Source of the DNA: Candidatus Methylomirabilia bacterium
GTDB taxonomy: Bacteria; Methylomirabilota; Methylomirabilia; Rokubacteriales; CSP1-6
Direction of reading: 5' to 3'
Length of the DNA stretch: 13,906 nt
Assembly (NCBI GenBank): GCA_046758965.1
Contig: JBHIBG010000069.1
Coordinates: 1 to 13,906 of the forward strand
Below, one piece after another: positions 1 through 8,420 of the stretch. Each line of letters begins with the position of its first letter. Position 1 is the stretch's first letter. Under the pieces are notes generated by a model. That model worked only from the letters and a program-made list of their open reading frames with translations, ran no database searches and was not told the DNA's origin. Both the position numbers and the translations under genes were made by a program.

Positions 1-1
1 C

Positions 2-106
2 GACCTCCTCAAGCGACATGACGGCAACGTCTCCCAGGCGGCCCGGGCTGCTGGGGTTGACTGGAAGACCTTCTACCGCCTCCTCAACAGGTACGGCCTC
101 CGCTGA
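2..106 (+). CDS. 3' end (partial) of a Fis-type HTH protein, most likely an NtrC-family sigma54-dependent activator
   Basis: Hand translation of frame 2 gives DLLKRHDGNVSQAARAAGVDWKTFYRLLNRYGLR*, matching the HTH_8 pattern (GNVSQAAR-x-G-x-xRxTLYRxL) that ends enhancer-binding proteins. Stop TGA at 104-106. The AAA+ domain is outside the window. Confidence 0.85.
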   Translation, partial: DLLKRHDGNVSQAARAAGVDWKTFYRLLNRYGLR

Positions 107-122
107 TCTCGCTTTTCTCGCA

Positions 123-143
123 TGACTTCGCGACACGAAGTCA
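123..143 (+). terminator. Hairpin just downstream of the regulator stop (possible terminator or stability hairpin)
   Basis: TGACTTCG-cgaca-CGAAGTCA, a perfect 8-bp stem 16 nt after the stop. No U-tract follows. Confidence 0.4.
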
Positions 144-228
144 CCGCGACCGCCCTCTGTAGGTTCATCCGGTAGCTATTCGGTTCCATGCCGGCGCGCC
201 CGCTATGGTGGCCGCGCCATGGAGCTCT

Positions 229-256
229 TGCCAGAGTTCTGGCGCTGCTGCCAGAG
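229..256 (+). promoter_or_regulatory. Putative upstream activator (enhancer) sites, copy 1
   Basis: Dyad GCCAGA-gt-TCTGGC (230-243) plus a second TGCCAGAG 20 bp downstream (249-256), about 90-115 bp upstream of a -24/-12 element. Confidence 0.55.
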
Positions 257-343
257 CTTCCTATTCCGATCGCGTCCTGCCTCATCCCGCTAACCTGCTG
301 CCACACCAGGGTTTTTCCGCCTTCCTCCCACTTCCCGGGATCC

Positions 344-359
344 TGGAACAAGGCTTGCT
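344..359 (+). promoter_or_regulatory. Sigma54 (-24/-12) promoter, copy 1
   Basis: TGGAAC-aaggc-TTGCT matches TGGCAC-N5-TTGC with exact GG-N10-GC spacing, 59 nt before the ATG at 419. Confidence 0.8.
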
Positions 360-418
360 CCGTGTTGAGTCGCCTGAGAGCTCATCGCGCACTCCGGGCT
401 CTACGAAAGGAGGCAGCC

Positions 419-1117
419 ATGACTAACCGACGTCCCCGTGGCATCCGCCAGAGAGGATCACTTCGATTCGTAAACTCTCTCCGTCCAGCTCTCGTCGCCA
501 CCGTCGGAGGCCTGACAGCGCTGCTCCTGGTCGGTGCCGGAGCGCGGGAAGTCTGGGCCGGCGCCCCGACAGAGCAGCTCAAGCGCGCCATCGAGAGGAC
601 GATCCAGGCACTGGAGGACCCGGGGCTGCGAGCCGACGCAAACCTCGAGGCCCTGCGAGTGACCCTCCGGAAGATCGCCGACGAGGCCTTCGACTTCGAG
701 GAGACAGCCAAGCGCGCCCTCGGCCGGCACTGGCAGAAGAGAACCAAGCGCGAGCAGGAGGAGTTCGTCCAGCTGTTCGCGGATCTGTTGGAACGGATCT
801 ACTTCTCGAAGATCGACAGGTATGGGGGTGAGCGCGTCGTCTACCTCGGCGAGATCCTGGACGGTGACCGGGCGACAGTACGAACTAAGGTGGTCACCCG
901 GCAGGGAAAACAGGTGCCTGTGGATTACCGGATGCTCAGACGGGGAGACCGTTGGTTGGTCTACGACGTGCGCGCTGTGGGCGTGAGCTTTGTCCGCAAC
1001 TACCGCGCCCAGCTCAACAAGATAATCACGTCCTCCTCCTACGACGAGCTGGTGAAGAGGTTGAGAGCCAAGCTGGCGAAGTATCGCAACAAGATGCAAG
1101 CGCGGGCCGCACGATGA
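419..1117 (+). CDS. mlaC: MlaC/Ttg2D-family periplasmic lipid-binding protein, paralog 1 (232 aa with signal peptide)
   Basis: RBS AAAGGAGG precedes ATG 419, so the ORF-track start at 188 is too long. Signal peptide ends VWA|GAP. Family motifs: FDFEETAKRALGRHW, EFVQLF..LL, VPVDYRM, WLVYDV..GVS.V.NYR.Q. Confidence 0.85.
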   Translation: MTNRRPRGIRQRGSLRFVNSLRPALVATVGGLTALLLVGAGAREVWAGAPTEQLKRAIERTIQALEDPGLRADANLEALRVTLRKIADEAFDFEETAKRALGRHWQKRTKREQEEFVQLFADLLERIYFSKIDRYGGERVVYLGEILDGDRATVRTKVVTRQGKQVPVDYRMLRRGDRWLVYDVRAVGVSFVRNYRAQLNKIITSSSYDELVKRLRAKLAKYRNKMQARAAR

Positions 1118-1193
1118 TCCGCGACTCTTCCTGAGCGACCTACAGCGGCAAAGGAAGCCCACATGGAAGGCCAAAGAAAGGGAGGGAACAACG

Positions 1194-1655
1194 ATGAGAC
1201 TCGCTGAGAAGACACGGAATCTGCGTGACGACCTCGTTAACTCGTTCGAAGGCCGAGTGGCACGGGTGAGAGCACTGGGACAGTCGAAGTCCCGCTCTCT
1301 GAAAGAGGCAGCCCGAACCAGGGTCTCCGAGAGCTGGCCTCTCACCGCTTCCCGCTGGCTCCAAAGGGATTCCACTGTCGCGTGGGCGGCTTCGCTTGCC
1401 CGCCAGGAGGCGCGCGAGAAAGCCGTGAAGCGGGCGATGAGGCGCTACCTGGCTGGGCAGAGGGAGCTCGCGGCAGCCCTGGAGGAGGCCCTGGCCGGAC
1501 GGGAAGCGGAAGGGAACGGGACGGTCAGGGGGCTTTTCGAGAGGCTCGCGGCCCGGCAAGAGGAGCGGGAGGGTGAGGTTACGGCCCTCCTGTCCGAATT
1601 CCAAAGCAAGCAGGAAGAAATGATGCGGCCTCTGGAGCGGTTCCTGTCCACGTGA
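1194..1655 (+). CDS. Hypothetical alpha-helical/coiled-coil protein (153 aa)
   Basis: Purine-rich RBS (AAGGGAGGGA) before ATG. E/R/A/L-rich helical sequence with an internal repeat (RQEAREKAV / RQEEREGEV). Confidence 0.6.
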   Translation: MRLAEKTRNLRDDLVNSFEGRVARVRALGQSKSRSLKEAARTRVSESWPLTASRWLQRDSTVAWAASLARQEAREKAVKRAMRRYLAGQRELAAALEEALAGREAEGNGTVRGLFERLAARQEEREGEVTALLSEFQSKQEEMMRPLERFLST

Positions 1656-1917
1656 GTTGAGCCGGGAAGACGCTCCCGCTGACGAGGGCCCTGCCGACCG
1701 CCCGATCCCGCTGGAGCCCATTCAGCGGATGCTCGGACGGGCAGGGTCCTCGGGGCGTGGCCTCGCCAACTCCCGTGCCCGGGCCGGACCATGAACATGA
1801 TCGTGATGGGAGGACAGCCGTCTCGGACACGAGGCCGACAGAGAGCTCGTCTCGTGTCGAGAGGCTCTTCTATGCGTGCCGGGGGTCCAGCTCAAGACCG
1901 TATCCCGCTCTCCCTCC

Positions 1918-1942
1918 CCTCTCCCCCTCGAAGGGGGAGAGG
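1918..1942. repeat. REP-like GC-rich palindrome
   Basis: CCTCTCCCCCT-cga-AGGGGGAGAGG, a perfect 11-bp inverted repeat followed by GGTGAAGGGG. A related CCCCTCACCCCTCCCC half-element lies near 2179-2194. Confidence 0.6.
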
Positions 1943-2007
1943 CTTAACGGTGAAGGGGTCGAGAGTTCGCATGCTGCCGCCTTGTCCGATATGCCGAGGG
2001 ATGAGCC

Positions 2008-2109
2008 ATGGCGCATAGAGCGCCCCGGCGCCCCGACCGCGAACTCGGCGACGCCTTGGCCATCTTCGGAGCCGGGATGTTCTGGCTGCTGGTGCTGCTG
2101 CTCCGATGA
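2008..2109 (+). CDS. Putative 33-aa small membrane protein
   Basis: MAHRAPRRPDRELGDALAIFGAGMFWLLVLLLR*: charged N-terminus then about 17 hydrophobic residues, with GAGGG upstream of the ATG. Below the ORF-track cut-off. Confidence 0.35.
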   Translation: MAHRAPRRPDRELGDALAIFGAGMFWLLVLLLR

Positions 2110-2280
2110 GCCATGTTCCAATCCCCCTGGACGAATCCAGACGATACCAACCCGCATTCCCCATAGCAAACTAGCCTCCCCCTCACCCCTCCCCGCTCCC
2201 CTCAACACGTTTGTATTCGGCCGATAGCCGTTGCGTTCCACCCCGGTGCGTCCGCTATGGCGGCTGCGCCATGGAGCTCT

Positions 2281-2308
2281 TGCCAGAGTTCTGGCGCTGC
2301 TGCCAGAG
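2281..2308 (+). promoter_or_regulatory. Putative upstream activator sites, copy 2
   Basis: Identical to 229-256. Confidence 0.55.
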
Positions 2309-2395
2309 CTTCCTATTCCGATCGCGTCCTGCCTCATCCCGCTAACCTGCTGCCACACCAGGGTTTTTCCGCCTTCCTCCCACTTCCCGGGATCC

Positions 2396-2411
2396 TGGAA
2401 CAAGGCTTGCT
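2396..2411 (+). promoter_or_regulatory. Sigma54 (-24/-12) promoter, copy 2
   Basis: TGGAAC-aaggc-TTGCT, identical to 344-359. Confidence 0.8.
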
Positions 2412-2470
2412 CCGTGTTGAGTCGCCTGAGAGCTCATCGCGCACTCCGGGCTCTACGAAAGGAGGCAGCC

Positions 2471-3250
2471 ATGACTAACCGACGTCCCCGTGGCATCCGC
2501 CAGAGAGGATCACTTCGATTCGTAAACTCTCTCCGTCCAGCTCTCGTCGCCACCGTCGGAGGCCTGACAGCGCTGCTCCTGGTCGGGGCCGGAGCCCGGG
2601 ACGCTTGGGCCGGCGCCCCGACAGAGCAGCTCAAGCGCGCCATCGACCAGACGCTCAAACTGCTGCAAGACTCGGAGCTGCGGGAGGAGGCACGTATTCA
2701 GGAACGGCGAGCAGCTCTCCGGAAAATCGCCGACGAGACCTTCGACTTCGCGGAGATGGCCAAGCGCGCCCTGGGCCGGCACTGGCAGAAGAGAACCAAG
2801 CGCGAGCAGGAGGAGTTCGTCCAACTGTTCGCGGATCTGTTGGAGCGTGTCTACTTCTCCAGGATCGACGAATACGGGGGTGAGCGGGTCATCTACCTCG
2901 GCGAGACCTTGGACGGCGATCGGATCACCGTGCGGACTCGGGTGGTCACCCCGAGCCGGAACGAGGTGCCCGTGGATTACCGGATGCTCAGACGCGGGGA
3001 CCACTGGCTGGTCTACGACGTGCGCACCGCGGGCGTGAGCCTCATCCGCAACTATCGCTATCTGCTTACCAACTTGATCTGGGACTCCTCTTACAACGAG
3101 CTGGTGAAGAGGTTGAAAGTCAGACACGCGGAATATCGTCAGAGAGAGGCCAGAGCCACGGCCTCGGCGTCGACCAAGCCGAACAGCCTGAGAACCGAGG
3201 TGAACGAGCAGCTTGAGCCTCGAATCCTCGCGGCGGAAGTGACCTTCTAA
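2471..3250 (+). CDS. mlaC: MlaC/Ttg2D-family periplasmic lipid-binding protein, paralog 2 (259 aa)
   Basis: Same RBS and signal peptide start as paralog 1. Motifs FDFAEMAKRALGRHW, VPVDYRM, WLVYDV..GVSLI.NYR. About 27 aa longer, at the C-terminus. Confidence 0.85.
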   Translation: MTNRRPRGIRQRGSLRFVNSLRPALVATVGGLTALLLVGAGARDAWAGAPTEQLKRAIDQTLKLLQDSELREEARIQERRAALRKIADETFDFAEMAKRALGRHWQKRTKREQEEFVQLFADLLERVYFSRIDEYGGERVIYLGETLDGDRITVRTRVVTPSRNEVPVDYRMLRRGDHWLVYDVRTAGVSLIRNYRYLLTNLIWDSSYNELVKRLKVRHAEYRQREARATASASTKPNSLRTEVNEQLEPRILAAEVTF

Positions 3251-3448
3251 CTCATGTTTCCGCTCAAACACGATCGGCGCCGCAGACCTGCGCTCTTGCC
3301 AGCTATCGGGATTCTGCAGCCGTTAGTTCTTGCGGTCGTTTCTCTCGTTACCGGGTGGGTCGGGCAGCCGGCGGCGATGCGACCGGGGAACATCACTCCG
3401 ATTTGGTTGCCCCCCCGCGGGGCGCACTGGAGGGAGTCCTCTCTGAAA

Positions 3449-5281
3449 CTACTGCCCTTCGGGAGACTTTTCCTGAGGCGGGGCCGGGGGGTGGAAGAAG
3501 TCGTAGATCCTCTGGGCGAGCTTCGGGGTCACTTTGGGGACCGCGGCCAGCTCCGCCACTGAAGCTTCGCGGACTTTCTTGGCCGAGCCCAACGACTTGA
3601 GCAGGCTGGTCCGGGTCGTGGGCCCGACGCCGGAAATCTGATCCAGGGCTGACTGGATGGTGCGGCGGCTGCGGAGCTTCTTGTGATACGAGACCGCAAA
3701 CCGGTGGGCCTCGTCCCGGATCTTCTGGAGCGCATGGAGCGCGGGTGAGGTGAGGTCAAGCCGCCGCGGTTCGAGGCTCTCGGGGGTATAGACCTCCTCA
3801 GCCCGCTTGGCCAGGGAGATGATGGGAGTCCAGTCGAGCCCCAGCTCCTCCAGCACCCTTACCCCCACGTTGAGCTGGCCACGCCCGCCATCCAGCAGGA
3901 TCAGGTCGGGGAGGACTCCCCCCTCCTCCAGGGCCCTCGAGTAGCGCCGGCGGAGGACCTCCTCCATCATGGCGTAGTCATCGGCGCCCGGGACGGTCCT
4001 GATCTTGAAGCGCTTGTACTCCGCCTTCTTCATGGCGCCGTTCTCCCAGACCACCATGGAGCCCACCGCCTCGGTCCCCTGGATGTTGGAGATATCAAAC
4101 CCCTCGACCCGGTTGGGGAGCCCGGGCAGGTTCAGCGTCCGCTGGAGCTCTTCCAGCAGCGCCTGCTGGCGATTCTCCCGGGAGAGGAGGTGAGTCTGAA
4201 GCGCGAGAGCGGCGTTCTCCTCGGCCATAGCGACGAACTCCCGCTTCTTCCCCCGCTGGGGGGCGTGAAGCGTCACCTTCCCGTCCCGCCGCTGACCGAG
4301 CCATTCGACCGTCAGCGCCCTGTCAGAGATATCCTCGGAGACGAGAATCTCAGACGGGGGCGCCACCGCCTTGGCGTAGAACTGGCGGATGAAAGCCCCT
4401 AAGACCTCTCCATCGCTCCATCCGGAGACCTTGTCGAAGAAGAACGACTCCCGGCCCAGGAGTCGCCCCTTCCGGACGAAAAAGAGCTGCACGCACGCCT
4501 CCGGGCCCTGACGCACGACGCCGACGACATCCTGGTCCTCCTGCTCCGTGGAGATGATCTTCTGCCGCTCCCGGATCTGGTGCAGAGCCTGAACCTGGTC
4601 GCGGAGCACGGCGGCCCGCTCGAACTTCAGCTCGACAGCCGCCTCCTCCATCTCGCGGGTCAGCTCCTTGGTGAGGTCGTCGTCTTTCCCCTCGAGGAAG
4701 CGCTCCACATCGCGGACCGCCTGCCAGTACCCCTCCTTGCCCTCCCAGCCGGTGCACGGCGCGTGGCAGCGGTGGATGTAGTGCTGGATGCAGGGTCGCT
4801 CCGCCTTCCCGTCGATCTTGATCCGGCAGGTACGCAGCGGGAAGAGCTGGCGCACGAGCCGGAGCGTGTCGCGCAGCGCGGTGGCGGGATAGAACGGCCC
4901 GAAGTAGGTCGCGCCGTCCTTCGCAATCCGCCGCGCCACCACCAGCCGCGGGAACTCCTCATTGGTGGTCAGCTTCAGGAACGGATAGTGCTTGTCATCC
5001 CGGAGGACTACGTTGTACCGGGGGCGGTGCCTCTTGACCAGGTTGGACTCGAGGATGAGCGCCTCCAGCTCGTTGCCGGTGACGATGTAGTCCAGGTCGC
5101 GGATCTGCTGGACGAGCACCTCGGTCTTGGCGTCTCGCGCGCGAGATTCCTGGAAGTAGGAGCGCACCCGGCTGCGGAGCGAGGCTGCCTTGCCGATGTA
5201 AATGACCTGGCCCTTGGCGTCCTTGAACTGATAGACACCCGGCCTGTCGGGGAGGCGCTCCAGCTTCTCCAGGAGATTCAT
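3449..5281 (-). CDS. uvrC: Excinuclease ABC subunit C
   Basis: N-terminal GIY-YIG (PGVYQFKD..IYIGKA.SLRSRVRSYF), UVR domain (FERAAVLRD), RNase H-like domain (EGFDISN, LILLDGGRGQL, RDEAHRFA) and C-terminal HhH. Confidence 0.98.
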   Translation of the reverse strand: MNLLEKLERLPDRPGVYQFKDAKGQVIYIGKAASLRSRVRSYFQESRARDAKTEVLVQQIRDLDYIVTGNELEALILESNLVKRHRPRYNVVLRDDKHYPFLKLTTNEEFPRLVVARRIAKDGATYFGPFYPATALRDTLRLVRQLFPLRTCRIKIDGKAERPCIQHYIHRCHAPCTGWEGKEGYWQAVRDVERFLEGKDDDLTKELTREMEEAAVELKFERAAVLRDQVQALHQIRERQKIISTEQEDQDVVGVVRQGPEACVQLFFVRKGRLLGRESFFFDKVSGWSDGEVLGAFIRQFYAKAVAPPSEILVSEDISDRALTVEWLGQRRDGKVTLHAPQRGKKREFVAMAEENAALALQTHLLSRENRQQALLEELQRTLNLPGLPNRVEGFDISNIQGTEAVGSMVVWENGAMKKAEYKRFKIRTVPGADDYAMMEEVLRRRYSRALEEGGVLPDLILLDGGRGQLNVGVRVLEELGLDWTPIISLAKRAEEVYTPESLEPRRLDLTSPALHALQKIRDEAHRFAVSYHKKLRSRRTIQSALDQISGVGPTTRTSLLKSLGSAKKVREASVAELAAVPKVTPKLAQRIYDFFHPPAPPQEKSPEGQ

Positions 5282-5283
5282 CC

Positions 5284-5667
5284 CTAGCGGGGAGACGAAG
5301 GACTCATGATGGCGAGGTGGCCAACCACCGGGATCAACGTCCGTCCTACCGGATCAACCCCGAGGCCGAACTCTTCCAGTGTCACGGCCCCGAGGAGCGG
5401 ATCACTTCCATCATCCCCGAACAGGCAGAGTGTCGGTAGGGTTTCCTGCCCGAGCGTAATAAGCGCAATCGCGGCGTTCCGCTGCACCACTCTTCCATCG
5501 GCCAGCTTGACCTTTCTCGTAAAAGTCGGTGTCAAGCCAATGCCGCCCAGCGTCGGCTCGGGGATCCAGGTCCACGTGGCGCCCGTGCCCACGAGTAACT
5601 TCAACTCCACCCGGCGGGTCGGAACCTCTGGGCTGGCCAGCACTACCGTTTGATAAAAGACTCCCGC
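5284..5667 (-). pseudogene. Small clan-AA (retropepsin-like) aspartyl protease, probably inactive or pseudogenising
   Basis: Reads (A)GVFYQTVVLASP..VELKLLVGTGATWTWIP...VKLADGR...PLLGAVTLEEFGLGVDPV. The family motif LVDTGA appears as LVGTGA. The codon at the expected start (5667-5665, 5 nt after AAAGGAG) is GCG. The first usable start is GTG 5643. Confidence 0.75.
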
Positions 5668-5685
5668 GTGAGCTCCTTTCGAAAG

Positions 5686-5694
5686 ATTCTAGCA
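5686..5694 (-). promoter_or_regulatory. Possible extended -10 promoter for protease-uvrC
   Basis: Minus strand TGcTAGAAT (consensus TGnTATAAT) just upstream of the AAAGGAG RBS. Confidence 0.45.
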
Positions 5695-5704
5695 TGGAGC
5701 CGCG

Positions 5705-7693
<1,989 letters not shown>

Positions 7694-7699
7694 CGGACG

Positions 7700-8230
7700 T
7701 CAGCGACCGGAGGGGACAGCGACCAGGTACTTGCGCCAGGAGTCGAGGAAGGAGCCGGCGTAGGGGTGGTGCGTGAGGTGCACGGCGAAGAGGAAGCGCG
7801 GATAGGCGGGTTCCCGGATGAGCGTCATCCGGGCCTCTCTGAGGGTGCGGTTCCCCTTCTGGAGGTTGCACCTGAGGCATGCGGCGACCACGTTGGTCCA
7901 GGTGGTCTCCCCGCCTCGAGAGCGAGGGACGATGTGGTCCACGGTCAGCCGCTCGCCACGCCGGCCGCAGTACTGGCAGGCGTGGCTGTCGCGCCGCAGA
8001 ATGTTCTTCTTGTTGAAGGCCACCCGGTCCAGGAACGGCTTTCGAATATACATGGCGAGCCGGATGACGGCCGGGAGGGGGAAGCTGATGGAGGGGGAGC
8101 GAACGATGCGGGGAGACGACTCGACGGTTTCGGCTTTGCCGCTGAGGAGGAGCGTAATGGCCCGCTTGGCGTTCGTGAAATGGAGAGGCTCGAAGGTGAA
8201 GTTCAGGACCAATACCGCGATCTCATCCAT
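7700..8230 (-). CDS. HNH endonuclease (McrA-like/HNH_5, zinc-binding)
   Basis: VLVLN.TFEPL N-terminus, NILRRD..CQYCG, LTVDHIVPRSRGG..TWTNVVAACLRCN..KG. All HNH and Cys residues are present. Confidence 0.93.
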   Translation of the reverse strand: MDEIAVLVLNFTFEPLHFTNAKRAITLLLSGKAETVESSPRIVRSPSISFPLPAVIRLAMYIRKPFLDRVAFNKKNILRRDSHACQYCGRRGERLTVDHIVPRSRGGETTWTNVVAACLRCNLQKGNRTLREARMTLIREPAYPRFLFAVHLTHHPYAGSFLDSWRKYLVAVPSGR

Positions 8231-8241
8231 GTTAACGTACT

Positions 8242-8270
8242 ACAATAGTCCGCTCGTCACCTCGTGTCAA
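8242..8270 (-). promoter_or_regulatory. Sigma70-type promoter for HNH-uvrB
   Basis: Minus strand TTGACA (8270-8265), 17 nt, TATTGT (8247-8242). Only 11 nt separate the -10 from ATG 8230. Confidence 0.75.
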
Positions 8271-8420
8271 TCCCACGTAGGCAGACGTTGGGGTCGGTCG
8301 TGGCTGCACGCGCCGGAGGCCATCCCGGCTTTGGCGGAGGAGGGCCGGATTACGCGGGCGCGTGGGAGCAGGCAGGAGAGACGATCCGCGCCGGGAGGGG
8401 ACCACTCACGGTCTGACTCT

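Larger units (their letters stand above)
164..1086 (+). repeat. Direct repeat copy 1 (partner 2216-3138, offset 2052 bp)
   Basis: 214-534 is identical to 2266-2586. 164-213 aligns ungapped with 37/50 matches. The downstream coding part is similar but diverged. End point is approximate. Confidence 0.95.
2216..3138 (+). repeat. Direct repeat copy 2 (partner 164-1086)
   Basis: 2266-2586 is identical to 214-534. The remainder is paralogous. End point is approximate. Confidence 0.95.

Noticed and set aside
188..418. Extended N-termini of the MlaC ORFs (starts at 188 and 2231)
   Set aside because: They run through the promoter. The strong RBS and signal peptide place the starts at 419 and 2471.
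419..560. Twin-arginine (Tat) signal in MTNRRPRG
   Set aside because: RR is not in an S/T-R-R-x-F-L-K context and lies far from the hydrophobic core. A Sec signal with a long n-region is more likely.
1655..2220. CRISPR array, tRNA or known riboswitch in the hairpin-rich region
   Set aside because: No regularly spaced direct repeats, cloverleaf or aptamer consensus that I recognise. Kept only as unexplained structure.
535..3138. MlaC pair as a diversity-generating retroelement template/variable repeat
   Set aside because: Differences involve all four bases in both copies rather than adenines of one copy, and no reverse transcriptase is present.
3292..3311. GCTCTTGCCAG, an 11-bp match to the putative enhancer
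   Set aside because: The second half-site is poor and I found no -24/-12 element at a suitable distance.
3254..3562. 102-aa ORF with a signal-peptide-like start directly after mlaC paralog 2 (possible lipoprotein or MlaA remnant)
   Set aside because: It has no lipobox Cys (LVTGW) and no MlaA motif, and it overlaps the uvrC 3' end by more than 100 nt. It could be a fragment, but I cannot support that.
7700..8230. HNH as a homing endonuclease, IscB/Cas9 fragment or restriction system
   Set aside because: No intron or intein context, RuvC motifs, terminal repeats or methyltransferase. It matches the common stand-alone HNH family.
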